Part shown: positions 14,001 to 27,089 of the stretch, piece by piece
Position numbering within the stretch: position 1 is the first letter of the stretch
Layout of the letters: every line of letters begins with the position of its first letter
Position numbers and translations under genes: made by a program
Source: Epiperipatus broadwayi
Taxonomy: Eukaryota; Animalia; Onychophora
Length of the DNA stretch: 64,000 nucleotides
Direction: 5' to 3'
NCBI GenBank assembly: GCA_028023455.1
Contig: JAQFVV010000007.1
Location: 15,562,001 to 15,626,000 of the forward strand
Notes under the pieces: generated by a model
Databases searched by the model: none
Told to the model about the DNA's origin: nothing
What the model saw: the letters and a program-made list of their open reading frames with translations, nothing else

Positions 14001-15184
14001 TGATGTGTGTTGATGTTTTTGACAGTCAATGAAGGTCTTACATCCTTATAATAATTTAGCACGTAAGTTATTATTACTTTAATCACTTAGGACAGATTCA
14101 GTTAAAATTATTTATTGCTTGAGAATTCATTAGTTTGTGAGATGGAAACAACAGATGTGATCCATGGAGTATGAACTCCCAGCCTGCCAATCTACAACTG
14201 CACTAAACCATTCACGATCATGACTTTAAGGTGATTAGAAAATTGAAGATCATGGCCATACAATTATTTAATTTGGACCAGTCTATTATCTTAATCAAAA
14301 TAGTCTTAGAGATGAAGTTAGTTAATTTAATTGATTTAGAAAATTGAAGGAAGTAAAAAAAAAATGGATTGGGGATTTTAATTAAGAGAGAGGCTTGCTG
14401 AATATTTCGCAGGGGTTTAGTTTAGCTCTATGAATCACACATGTGGACTGTTAGAAAAAATGATAAAAATGGTTAGAAATTGAGATATAATTTTACAGAA
14501 AGTAGAAAAAAAAAGAAATACAATAACTATTGATTGAATTTGATTTTAGACATTCAACTGAAATAAGGACTTTGTAATAAGATTATTGCAAAATGGCCAA
14601 ATGAAAATAAAAATATTAAGACAGATGAGGAAGAAAAACTGTATTTAAAAAAACATCAACAACAGACCCCATTTTATGTATTATATTTAAGTAGCATGTG
14701 ATGTGAAGCACTATGGCTTCTCCTTTCTCAGAGTCAGAAATCTCTCAGCCATTATGTCCAGTGAAATCTGTTAGCCATCTTACCTTCCCTTTCCATTCTC
14801 ACCTTAAATTTTTCCCATATTCTTCTCTATCTGGCTTCATCCCATTTCCAAAACATTATCATTGTTCACTCTATGGCCTTTATATCTAAATCTCCCTTTT
14901 CCCAAACCCAGCATAAAAACCAAGAATCCACTTTCAATTATATCCTAGTTCTGCCATCTAATGTAAGTTTGAGTAATCAATAGAAGCCAGATAGGGGCAG
15001 CGTTTTAATGTCCAGTATTATTCTTATAATCTCAGACTAGCTTGATTCTGAATCTGGGTCTGAATCTAATGCAAGTACGTTAACTTAGATTATTAAAATA
15101 TTTTTAAATTTTAGGCTTTAACTTGATAAAAAAAAAAGTAAAAAATAATAAAGAGCTATGTATACACCCCACCCCCTGATTGAA

Positions 15185-15260
15185 TTAGATCTAGATCTAA
15201 AATTCCTTACTGATGAAAGCCATAAAGTAGAAATTATTCTCCAGATACGAATGAGACATT
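15185..15260 (+). repeat. Degenerate family A fragment (hammerhead-like core)
   Basis: ccttaCTGATGAAAGCCATAAAGTAGAAAttattctccag. Confidence 0.6.
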
Positions 15261-17786
15261 ACTGGGTGGGTATTTATTAAGCTCTCAATTTGCACCTATT
15301 GATTACCCAAGTTTAACCAGGTATCACACTGTGAAATAAGAAAAATAGATTTTATTTATAAAATAAAATTTTAATAATTTTTTTCTTTGTTTTTGTTTAC
15401 ATTAAATTTTGAAATGTTTTGCAAAAATTGCAATTATTAGACTTTTCAATTATCCAAAAAATTCATAATTTTCTTACTATGCACTCTTCATCAATGCTGG
15501 ATTAATAATTTGAAGGGTAAGCTGAAATACACACACACACACACACAATATAAAAATTTTCTATACTAAAGTATTTTTCTGCTTTTTGATGATGCAATTT
15601 TTAGAATCATCTAATTAGGTGATATCAGATTTAATAAATATTATCAGTAGATTGTTTAATAGTGTTGGCTAAAGCTATTTCTTAAAATGTTTATATTCAT
15701 ATGACAATAGAAAAATAACCCACTTTCTTTGCAAATATAATTATGAACTACTATATTTTAAAAATTCTCTTATAATTAAGTTGAATTTATGTTTCTTGGA
15801 GTTATTGAACCAATGATCAGCTCTATCATTAGAAGTTAAAAATTTAGAAATGAAATTTTTATCAGTTTCAGACCTCTAATTTAAAAATGAAATTTTAATC
15901 GATTTTAGAATACATGCCAAGTTTGTATCCCATATAAAAATCCATTATTATGTAGTTTTGCCTTTAAAATTAAGTCCAAAACATTTTTTCTTGTCATAAT
16001 TTTTCGAATAAGGGTTTTTTCAATCAGTCTTTCTAAATCCCCGATTTCTTATACAGCAGTTTTCTTTTTTTAACATTCCAAGTTTCTAATGAATAATATT
16101 TCTATAGTGCAATTTTCATTATCCCTAGTTTAATGAACAAGTAATAAAAATTATTAATATTTCAAGTTTCTGGTCCACTGTAGTCGATGATTCTTTAGCC
16201 AACCAAAACAGTTGGTTTGTAACCAGAAATGAATTGCACTTCCATATAAAGTGAGAATTGGTTTGATAATTGTCGTTATTTTTATGATTCCATAAAAAAA
16301 ATAATTTAAAAAGCATTTAGTAGTTAAAACTTAAGGCCTGAGATAGATAGGAAGTCTTGGGGGAAAATTGTCAAAAGTAATGCAAGAGACCTATTAGTCT
16401 GCTGATGTGTATGAAAAAATAAATAGTAATATTTTGTTTGCATTAAATTATTTGCCGGATTTAATTTAATTTCGGTAATAAAAACAAGTTTATCCAAACA
16501 TGTTGCATTATTGTTAAAGTTTGCAAGTCTCAAATTATTCTATTAATTCGATAAAAACAAATCAAAATAAAGCAAATAAATGACGTAGATAAAAATATAG
16601 CTATATATATATTTTAATAATTACATTAATTATTCTGTTATTTTGTTTTAAAACATCGACTTTAAAAAGATAGGTTTAGCTGATTTGGGGAATAGGACTG
16701 AAATTTCTTTCAACTTTACGCAATTGTGGGATTAATTCACATTTAAGAAATTATTTAAACGACCATTTTTAAAAAAAGTAATAATGACATTAAAAAAAAT
16801 TTAACACTAAAAAATATGAGGAAAAAACCCTATAATCCTAAAGTGACCTTTGTATTTCTGCAGAAAATTCTTTTAATTTGCACTAATTTTTTGTAAGGTT
16901 TTGTACCGGCAAATAATAACCCTAGGATATAAGGTTTTTGCCCTCTGGTAGTTGTTTATGAAATCAACTGTATATAACTAAACAGTCTTCTGTAATATAT
17001 ATATATCTGCAATTAAAACTATATCACGAAGCACCAGGACAATAATCCAGGTATTTCAGAATTTTTTATCGGGAGTATTTTATAAAAGAAAAAAAAAAGT
17101 CATGCAGTTTTTTTAACAATAGGTCGAGGTTGTAGGGATAATTAAAGTATTTATTTTTAATCTACATACAGTAAAATGCCAATCATGACTGAAATTTGTA
17201 AAATGACAAAGAAAAAAAAAATATGAGGAAGAAAGTAAAAATGTAGAAAAATATAGTTTTAGTGCTAAAATTAATCCTAATATTTAAAAACAAAAAAGGA
17301 AATGTATAAGGCCTTGTAAAGTTGTACAATTAAGATTCATCGACAATAATCATACATTAAAAGCATACGAACGTGAGAATTCTTTTCTGTTATTTTCTAT
17401 TGACGTATTGTATATACGTAAACATTACAGCTAAATATACCAAAAATTTTTAGCTTAGGAGTAACTTATTATGTAGTCTTTAGTGTACTGGACTTAGGTT
17501 CATAATTTATTTTTGATTTGATGTTCAATTTTTGTGTTTTAGGTTCCAGGCAAACTTATATAGAAAGTTTGCAGCTAGTCATCTAACTATTGATTGTCAA
17601 ATGGTTCACTGTTGTTAGAGAATAAAGATTCCAAATTAATCTGGATAATTCATATGAGCTTTGAAGTATTAAATGTAAAACAAAAGTGATAAGACACTGC
17701 ATATTTCACCATTAATAAGAAAAATATTATATTGCCATAGTTATTGAGTTAATTTATATTTATCTTACCAGTTAGCACGTGTTCTA

Positions 17787-17900
17787 CATTGTTGTGTAGT
17801 TTAAAGTCAGCGCGACTGCCTTGCACTTGCAGGCAGTTGCCCGGGTTGTGGGTTCGCGTCCCGGCCGATGCTATGACACTTAAAAAATAATAATAATAAA
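17787..17900 (+). mobile_element. tRNA-derived SINE
   Basis: B-box-like gggttcgcgtcc, a 3' end atgctatgacac and an A-rich (taa)n tail. Shares its 3' end with 57694-57806. Retains many CpGs, so probably young. Confidence 0.7.
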
Positions 17901-18164
17901 ATCAATAGGCAGTATGCTATTTATACAAAGTTGAGAGTTAATAAATATTAAACAATTTGCACTATCAATCATTTCTGTTTGTATAATAGTTTACATGGAA
18001 AAATAAGAATGCTATAGATACAATAAAATTTTTTATATTCTATTATATACTGTATTTCATAATTATAATAAAAAAAATTTTTTTTATTGCCAATTACAAA
18101 TAATATTAATTTACTATGAATAATCATTGAATGTATGTGTGTGTGCATGCGTGCATATTATCAG

Positions 18165-18570
18165 GTTTTACTTGTGGAGATAAGCCTTGGCATTTAACAG
18201 AAAAGCCATGCAAGGACTTTGAACTAATCAGCAAAGTATGGAGAGATGTGTGTTAGTAATAATAATAAGAAATCAGAGAAGTGAAATACTTGGATGTGTG
18301 AACAAATAGATTTCATTGATATAATTGAATGAATTAATTAAAAGACTGAAATGGAACTGGGATGGACATATTGTTAGAAGAGATGATCATAGTAAATTAA
18401 ATTCCCAAGAGTTGTAAAACCTTTAGAAAGATACCACATGTGAGATGAAAAGATGAAGTAAAAAAGTTTATTAGTGTGATGGAGAGAGACTGGATTGAAG
18501 AAACTTGATTAAACTTGGAGAGACCTTTATCCTGAAATTTGATCAGTAATGACTGAAAATGGTGATAATA
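18165..18570 (+). mobile_element. Old RTE 3' fragment
   Basis: Aligns by eye with the RTE 3' end (tggaactgggatggacatattgttagaagagatgat; gaaagataccacatgtgagatg). Confidence 0.8.
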
Positions 18571-19144
18571 TATGTTCCTCAGATTTAACTTGAGATTTGG
18601 AAATATGGAATTTAGATTTAAAAATAAAGTAGAGATTGCATTTAACAAAGAATTATGAAATGGAGAAAAATTAAAAAGCATATGAAAAGCTTTCAGGTAG
18701 TGAGTATTTTACTGATTTTCCATTCTTGTTTTGTTCTCTGGCCAATAATAAAAAGATAACCATTTATAAATAAATTGTGTAGTTAGTTATGAAGTCATTT
18801 TTTTCTGAAAGAAAACTCTACAGCCATTAAAAACTAGAAGAAATTCACTTGCTCAGATACAGATTGCAGGTTGTAAGCATTTATAGACTTGTTTGTGAAG
18901 TTAAAACAGCTTTTGAATAATCTTCCACAGGGCAAGGCTTTTAACAGTCTCTCAAAAAGAGTAATGAAGAAAAAGCAATACTAATCAGGCTTTCCAATTG
19001 TCAATGGTTTCATACATGTTTCTGATTAGTTAAGAATAGCTAGATACCCATTTACTGGACAATATTGAATGGTTAATTGGACTGCTTTTAGATTGGCCAA
19101 GAAGAAAGCTTGTTTATACTACCATTCCACCTTATAGTTATGTA

Positions 19145-19575
19145 AATATAATCATCATCATCACTTTCAATTACTTAATTCATTGCAGGATTAAGTCTCT
19201 TCAAGTTTTATATAGTTTCTCAGATTCATAGCCTTTTCCACTTTATATCTTATATTTCATTTACTCTTTTCACAAGTAGTTTCTTTCTAGTCTTTTAAAT
19301 CTTTCAGCATCCAGTTTTAAGATTTCAACTATTCATATACGTATTATCTTTTTTTGGCAACATGCCCAGACCAGCTCCATTTGAGTCTCTTAATTTTTTT
19401 AATAATGTTAGTGATCACCAAATATTTCACATATGATCCCTTCCTGTTACTCCTAACATCCATCTATCCACACACTTCATTGAGTTTTCAGAAGCCTCTG
19501 TATTTCTCTTCTATTAAGTGTCCAAGTTTCATATACATAAATAAGAACTGGAAAACACATTTATAAAAAACTTTT
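19145..19575 (-). mobile_element. Old RTE 3' fragment (inverted relative to 18165-18570)
   Basis: (tca)n tail at 19151-19163, then the reverse complement of the RTE 3' end (gcccagaccagctccatttgagtctc; aagaactggaaaacacattt). Confidence 0.8.
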
Positions 19576-21334
19576 CAAATAACGCTCGCTATCTCCAGAA
19601 AATAGACAAGCTGATTAATTTACATATATTACCCTTTAATAATATCACAACAACTATTATTATTTTGGCTATAATTATGAGGGATTAATACCTCAAAAGC
19701 GCTTAGCCTGGATTAACTCATTTTGATTGTTTGCTATTAACAACTTCTTCAACCAGCGTTTTAAAGCGCTTGTATATGCAAATACTTAAGCATATTACCA
19801 TTTAATATTAATTTATATAATATAATATGAATGTGCGCACATAAGTATGCACACAAAAAACATCTATTTACGTAAACTTGTGGGTATGTAAATAGAATGT
19901 AAACTTGTTGCAAATATCACTTCTCTAGTACTTCACTTAATATATAACAGTTGCATGATTATCAATGTTATTCAATTTCACATTAGTAATTTGTCTTATT
20001 AATTGATTTGCCTTGAGAGAAAGAGTGAGAAATAACAAATATTATTTCCTGTTTTAGAGAAGATTTTGGGAAGTAAAACCTTGAAGATGATCTTGCAAAA
20101 ATAATTTTAGAATTTAACTCATAAAACTTTTTAAATAAAAATAATAAAGTTATTTTCTTGAAGGATAGTATTCGGCAGCAGGAAAGATAGATGGGATGGG
20201 TGGGATTGATAGGGTTTTGATGTAGTGATATGATATAGATAATTTTTATAAAAGAATTTTTGAAGTTCAATATCCTAATTAGATATTAGGAATGCTCTAA
20301 AGCGTAACTGTCAAATACTGACTTTTAAATAATTTAAGTTGTATATTTGTTGAAATGAATACATCATTCTCCACACCACGCATTCTATATATATGTTTGT
20401 GTTACCAATAGCTAACCATAATACTTCTTCCCAGTTAATATTGGTTATTTTTAAATTCTGTATAGAAAGATCTATTTCATTCATTTATTCTAGAGGATAA
20501 GGATTTTGTTTTTATTTCTTAATTAAAATGTGGTATCAATTTTAAAATAATAATATGTTGATGCCAAGCACCAGAAGGGATAACCAACCATTCATTTGTT
20601 TATTTGGGAATCAATTACGGTCTTTGAAATGCTTGACTTGGCAATTGACTTTGTTATTATTTTATTTCACTGATATATTCAAATAATACTAACACACTGT
20701 TCTATGCACTTTTTATAGTGCAAATACAATATTTTATTATATCCAAAAATAACTGCCAGTTTCTACCATCAGATAGTCTTCTTCAGAGATATATTTAGAA
20801 AATATATTTAGAATGATCTTCTCTTCAGGTTTGATTCAAATTTTTGATTTATATGCACTGACACTGGATTTTTTAATTATTTCTAAGAGTTGCATTCATT
20901 TGTATCACCAAATACTATAAATAAAATGTAATCTTTTTTTAACTTGTATTAATTGGTCATATCAAATATAGGCAACTTTTTTAGACACTTCATTCAATGC
21001 ATAATTTTATTGTTGTTTAATTTGCTTACAATTTCTGTTGTCTGCTGTCATCAGAGCTATTAAATATGTACATATATATGAATATAATACAAATAATAAA
21101 ATAATTATAAAATTATATGCTTTAACTCAAATTAATGTAATTATAAACATTAAAACCATATTTTGAATAAAGCGTTCTTACAGTTTTAGTTATGTGCTTA
21201 GCCAACTTTCATAATTCTTAATTTATTAAAAAGGCTTATGGGAAAAGTTAATATTTTTTGGCAGTAAATTAAGAATTTTATATATATAACACTTTATATT
21301 TATTATTTCTATTGTATTCATATATATGTACATA

Positions 21335-21390
21335 TTTTTGCAGCTCTGATGAAGACTGCTGGACAGTTGAAATTGAAGCAAAAAATAATA
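21335..21390 (+). ncRNA. Degenerate minimal hammerhead ribozyme motif
   Basis: CTGATGA-A-GACTG-CTGGA-CAGTT-GAAA, flanked by tttttgc/gcaaaaa (stem I-like). The stem III and cleavage triplet are degenerate. Confidence 0.5.
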
Positions 21391-22399
21391 AGCTATGACT
21401 TTAAATAATGTATATATGAAAGGGGGATACAATTGTTTATATTTAATAAATGAAATATCAAGTATATTTTATAGCATCACATTATATGCTATTTTTTCTG
21501 TATGCTACTTGTTGTATGTGAGTAAATGTGTGAAGTAATAGATAGTGACTGGTTTTAGGGTGCAGTTTACATCTTATTTTGTTTATTACATAATAGTCCA
21601 ATAATATGAAAAGTTAGATTGATAATATCAAATCCAATAAGGGCTTTGAGTATTCCATCATCAGTTTTTTGATGAAGTGGACAACTGAATACTTAAAAGG
21701 GTGAGAAGATTGAAGCGGGTTCATTAAAAGTTTGAGGAATTGCTATCTTAATATAAATGAAGCACTGATTGTATATATGTGTGGGAGATTATCATCTGAC
21801 CCAACTAGTGAGTGCTGGTTCTGCATAAAATATGTATATTGGTGGTTGGGTATCTTTTTCGCATGCGTGCGGTCATGTGTATCAGTTGCTTGAGATGGAG
21901 TGGGGGATGAATAGACTAAAAAATCCTGCCTTCGAATTTCTTTAATTACATATTTAATTATTTATACATTTTTGTTTATTAATAAATAATGGAGAAAGAA
22001 TTTATTAAAATTTGTAAAGTTAATAATTACACATGGTCTATTTGGAATATGACAGATTCTTTTTTTTTTTTATAATTATTTTAACTCTTTAAAATTACTC
22101 TTACCTTTATTATACTTCAAGCATAATATTCTAGTTTCTGGAAAAATATAGTAATGGCTCTTTAATGTACATTTTGACTTAAAGACATCTTTTGATTTAA
22201 GTCAAATTACTATTTCCTTTAATAACTACATAGTACTGCTATTATTCAAATGGAAGTCAATCTCCGATAATGTGCTATTTCTTAAATATTATAAATCACT
22301 ATGCATTCACCCACCAGTAAGAGTTTAAAAATGTAAGTGAATCACTTAAGTTTAGAATGCATTTGTATAGATACACCAACTCTCACTGACTATGTTTAA

Positions 22400-22870
22400 A
22401 TCAGGGTTTGAGTCTATTGTGCACCTGATGTTATAATCAAATATTGAATTGTACAAATTAAGTTAACCTATTACACTTCTATATATATATAAAACCTCAT
22501 TTATAAATAAAAATTGCATCATTTATAAAAGAATATGTAGTTGTGGTAGTGGATATATAGGAGAATCGAGATATACATTGGGGAAAAGAACTAAAGAGCC
22601 CTTGCTGTTATTAAAAAGGGTTCAAAATACAAAACAAAATTGCAAAAGATAATAATAACATCAGCTTTCACTTTTTATGACCGTAATAAATCATGTATAT
22701 ATGGTTTTAATTTTAATTATAATGAAAGAAATAACAATAAAAGGAAAATAAAAGAAGCTATAATCAATAGGCAGGCAGCAAAATGTTAAGATCATGGAAT
22801 TAAGGGAAGATTAATCTTTCAAAGTATTAGTTGACAAAGACTACGAGGATAGTTGAAAGTGCTCCTAAGT
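22400..22870 (+). pseudogene. Penelope-like element remnant: GIY-YIG endonuclease C-terminus and degenerate hammerhead
   Basis: 22509-22601 translates to KNCIIYKRICSCGSGYIGESRYTLGKRTKEP (VYKIxCxCxxxYIGETxR-type motif). KRKIKEAI lies near 22740, and ttgacaaaGACTacgaggatAGTTGAAA at about 22831-22858. Confidence 0.75.
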
Positions 22871-23189
22871 GACAATTATATTTTTTGTACTTTTCAAAAT
22901 ATTTGATTACTTTATTACTAATATTTTAATTATAAGATTACATATGCAGACATCGATTTATAATATAAATATTACATATATATATATATTGAAATGGATG
23001 ATGTTTTATTCATTTCATTGTCAGTCACATGATCATTTACTACGATATATCTCTTTATGAAAATTGCAATCCTCCCCATATCCCACCTGTCAACATTTCC
23101 ATAACAACAGTTTCAACAAACCCTATTTTGAAAAAAGGAAAAAAAATTCAAAACAGCACATGATTACCATTTCATATGCTTACACAGGC

Positions 23190-23495
23190 TGTTAATACAG
23201 TAGTGCCATCACGTGCAAGCCTTCATAATCAATGGATGCAAGAAGGTTTATGCATAAAATCCCTCTCTATTACCCACTCTCCAATATTTCCAGACCAGCT
23301 TTATAGTTAACTAAATAGGTAAAAGGTAGCTGCTGGAAGGTTGCAGTGCTCTCAAATCCAAGGCTTCTCACTGATGAAAGCCACAAACTAGAAACTAGTC
23401 TGGGGATGTTGGATGAGTAAGCACTAGATAAGAAATTTATGCACAAACCTTTCTGCATTCATTGATTATGAAGGTTTGCACTTGGTGGCTGTTGT
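23190..23495 (+). mobile_element. Family A fold-back element with hammerhead core
   Basis: Inverted arms of about 95 bp (23200-23295 and 23400-23490). The hammerhead core is at 23365-23406. Confidence 0.85.
23365..23406 (+). ncRNA. Minimal type I hammerhead ribozyme candidate (family A)
   Basis: Stem I is UUCUCA/UGGGGA. The core is CUGAUGA (23371-77) and GAAA (23391-94). Stem II is AGC-CACAA-(G/A)CU, stem III is the palindromic ACUAGU, and the GUC cleavage triplet ends at 23400. Position 10.1/11.1 is a non-canonical A.A. Confidence 0.65.
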
Positions 23496-24949
23496 GAAAA
23501 TAGAAATTAATTAAAACCAAAATTTTAATTTTTTTTATTGATAGCATTGCTATTGCAATCGCAAAATATCACAAGAAAATTTCTGTTGCTGCATTTTTCA
23601 GACAAGGACAGTAACTTGAATTTAAAATTTGAAATCATTTAGCCACTTATCCTTTGTATTTATTTCAGCCACTTATCCCTTGTATTTATTTCTCGTCAAT
23701 ACTTTTTCTCACAAAAAAATGATAAGAAAGTGGTAAGTTTAAATTTTTTAAAGAATGATTTTAATATTATAAATGTTAAATTAAATTCTATGTATATATT
23801 GTATGTAATATAGATTTCCCCTTTGTTTGTATTTGCAATTCAGATTTGTGTTCGTTAGTTCGTAAGTTTAATGCAGACACTTTTTTTCCTTCTTTATAGC
23901 CTAAAGCCAGATGCCCCTTCAGTGAATCTTACCATTCTAATTTATTGTTGTTAATTATTTTGGTGGTCTTAATGTATATAATTTTGAAATTAAATTGTAC
24001 ACAGGTGATGGTTTATATACGTGTTAAAATACTATATATGTATGTGAGTATTAAGAACATTATATAGATAGAATTTGCTACTAACCATGACTCATCATCA
24101 TCTGCACGAAAGCTTGGAACCAAATAAATATATTGGGGAGATGGTGGTTGTTATATTTAAACCTGCTTTTTAAAATATATATAAGATAGCCATTGCTTAT
24201 TGATTTTCAATAAATACATTTATTGATGGACTAATATTTTTAAATAAACGATGACTACAATTGCTGTATTTATAAATTAAGAATATATAGTCATTATTAT
24301 TATCATTGCAATATATATATATATTAAGTTTGTCCTGTTGCAGAATCAATATGTTTGTCTTTATTCGTATAATGAGAATTTTTATTTTGATTGAATTTTG
24401 TTTCTCATATTTTAAAATGTACATATTTTATTAAATTAAAGAAAAATATTTTTTTGATCCTCATGTTAAATTTAAACTCAAGGGAGTTTTAATAGATATA
24501 CATGTACAGACCCCCCCTCCTGCCCTCTCGTATTATAGTATATATATGCAATAGAAATTTAATTATTTTTTGAAGCCTTTATCATTTTAAAAATCACGTA
24601 CTAAAAAAAAAAAAAGAAAGAAAGAAAAGAATTAAGATTATTTATTATTTTGAGTCATTTGTGATCAAAATCAACTCATGTAATTTAGATGGGGTGGGGA
24701 GCAAGGCCCTATCAATCAACACTGACACTTTCAGGACAAATGTGTTCAAGATTTAATTAGTTAGTAACTTAACCATAGATGTTTCTCACTTAAGAAGTTT
24801 TACATTTTGTTGTGAAGGTGCCAAACTTAATAATGTGCCCCCAAATAGGACATCATCCTTTTCAGATAAATATCTTGATGTTTATTGCTAATCATTTTAG
24901 GCTAGAAATTAACATATCATTTTAAACCCAAGTATTCTTTTTAAACTTT

Positions 24950-25260
24950 AATTAAAGATATCTATCTATTATCAAACTCAATCACATGGAATAATTATTT
25001 CAATTTCATTCCATTTTTTCCATGTGTAATATTACCCATTTTATATCCTTATATCCTTGTATTTAATTCTCTATATATTTATTCTTATCCAAATAGGTAA
25101 AATTTCAATCTTAATTTTAGTATTAGAGCATTTTCCAGCTCATTTTTTTGTTGTTCTCTCCTAACAATCCAATTACATATCTTTACTAATTCATTCCCAT
25201 TTGTAGATTATAAATATCCAAGTTTGCTTTCAACTTCCCTTCATTCATTTAGCATTCACT
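24950..25260 (-). mobile_element. Highly degraded LINE (RTE-like) 3' remnant
   Basis: Minus-strand fragments such as KLGYL and KIEIL resemble the post-RT region. Many stops and frameshifts. Confidence 0.3.
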
Positions 25261-25562
25261 GTTCCCTATCCAATGGTAGTTCTTGCCACTTGTGTTAAAT
25301 GTATTAAAATGTCAACCAAGGAATTATATTCGTTAAGTAATGTGAAATAAAGAGAGCACATCATAGCTGATATGATTTTGCCATATGTAAGAAAGAAAAA
25401 CTCCACAAAAGGAATTACTTTCGAAAGCTCAGCCTTAACTGAGTGATTAATATTTTTTAGGCATAGATCTGTGGATGGGATGGCCATCAACTCATTTTAG
25501 CTCAGTGATAGAACAACAAACTTGAACAGTAAAAGTTTCCAAATTAAAGTTTAGCCTATTAC

Positions 25563-25716
25563 TTTGGTGTTTGAAAATCACATGATCTCTCAGCATTAAT
25601 CATTTGGTTTGCTTTTATAATTGTTGGTGTAAATAAAAGAAGAATCAGACAGAAAATGATCAATAATGGAAAGTGTATATAGGAACCAATAAATAAATTT
25701 AATGTAGATGCCATAC
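25563..25716 (-). CDS. Candidate coding exon (hydrophobic, TM or signal-like) of an unidentified minus-strand gene
   Basis: The exon is bounded by tcag| and |gtaata and reads (G)MASTLNLFIGSYIHFPLLIIFCLILLLFTPTIIKANQMINAERSCDFQTP. Its phase is compatible with the candidate exon at 27228-27288. The same CAG|GTATG could instead be a donor site. Confidence 0.25.
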
Positions 25717-26094
25717 CTGACTAAATTTAGAGCTTTAAATCGTGCACACTTAATTTATTATAGTAATTAACCCAATTCAAAATTAATTTTTATGAATACT
25801 TCTTCATAACCTTTACTACAGTGAAAAATGGTAAGTATATTGGCAAAACCCATTTTCCAATTATAGCATAACCATTAATAATTTCATTTTTATTGTCATC
25901 ATCTGTATCAGTCCAATGTTTACATTTTTTGGGCAATAGAAAATCTATAAAATTTTGGACAACTATGAATATAGCAGTTACAATATGAACAGGGATTAGA
26001 AGCACACGGCCATGTTTGCAAACTGCCATTATACTGTTAATATCTATTTAAATGTCATGTATAAAGATAAAGGAAAATCTAATGTGACACATTA

Positions 26095-26310
26095 GATTAT
26101 TTGCCTGAAGGTTTGTGATGGTTGGACTGTTTCCATTATCTATCAATAAATGTTGAATGGATAGAAAATTGTAAACTTTTCAAATATAGTGAACTTATTA
26201 GTAATAACACACAAAATAGATAGCACAGATTAGTAATAAAGTTTAAAATTTTCCATACATTCAACATTTACTGATAGATGATGGAAATAGTCCAACGCAT
26301 TATCACAGAC
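26095..26310. mobile_element. Family C-related fold-back element without tRNA head
   Basis: ttggactgtttccattatctatcaataaatgttgaatg is inverted against cattcaacatttactgatagatgatggaaatagtccaa. It shares ctgaaggtttgtgatg with the flanks at 6990 and 41140. Confidence 0.7.
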
Positions 26311-26399
26311 AAATAGGTTCTTTAGCACCTATCGATATACCTCTTTTGGGATTAGAAAAATTTAAATGAGCTAAATCAGTTCCTGAAGACAAAATTTAT

Positions 26400-26790
26400 A
26401 ATGTACAATTGTTTCCAGTTCTACAGGCTTACGATTTTTTTCCCAGTTAGCTTGTTCCTAGCAAACTAATTAACCATCTAATGATTGGCTGGTAAGTGGG
26501 TATTCAGTTACCCTTAGTTAGATAGTAAAACGATGGGAAAACACTGCCAAAACTGGTGAGTACTGACATATTCATTATTTGTTTTTGAGGAGGTGTAGGA
26601 AAATTTACAATGTAAAATTATTTCCAGTTCTACAAGCTTAGGATTTTTCCCCAGTTAGCTTGTTCCTAGCAAACTAATTAACCATCTAACGATTGGCTGG
26701 TAAGTGGGTATTCAGTTATCCTTAGCTAAGATAGTAGAACGATGGGGAAAAAACTGGTGAATACTGACATTCCCTATTCGTTTTTGAGGT
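26400..26790. repeat. ~209-bp tandem duplication (2 diverged copies)
   Basis: aatgtacaattgtttccagttctac at 26400 recurs at 26609. The shared core is cttgttcctagcaaactaattaaccatctaa..gattggctggtaagtgggtattcagtta. Confidence 0.9.
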
Positions 26791-27089
26791 GTTGGAATGG
26801 TCTTCGCTCTATATTGGGTTTAAATTTAAAGGCTTTTACCGTACCTTTTTACTGTAGGGTTTTTAATTTTAGATATTGCAAGCTGGAAAGCTATCATTTC
26901 TAATTACATTAAAAAGAAGGAGAAAAAATAAGATTTGTTTAAAATGTTTTATCGCCCACATCCCCCCTTTAAAAAAAAAAAAAAGATTAGTTTTATTTTA
27001 TATTTTAAGTAAGTCCATATTTAATTATATTTGTTATGTTTGTTAATACTGTAATTAAAAAAATATATATTATTTTAAATATATACATA

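Noticed and set aside
16168-16250. Open AG/GT-bounded segment FWSTVVDDSLANQNSWFVTRNELHFHI
   Set aside because: No recognisable homology. A single unsupported candidate exon.
26400-26790. CRISPR-like or regularly spaced repeat array
   Set aside because: Only two-copy tandem duplications without unique spacers, in a eukaryotic context. No array was found anywhere in the window.
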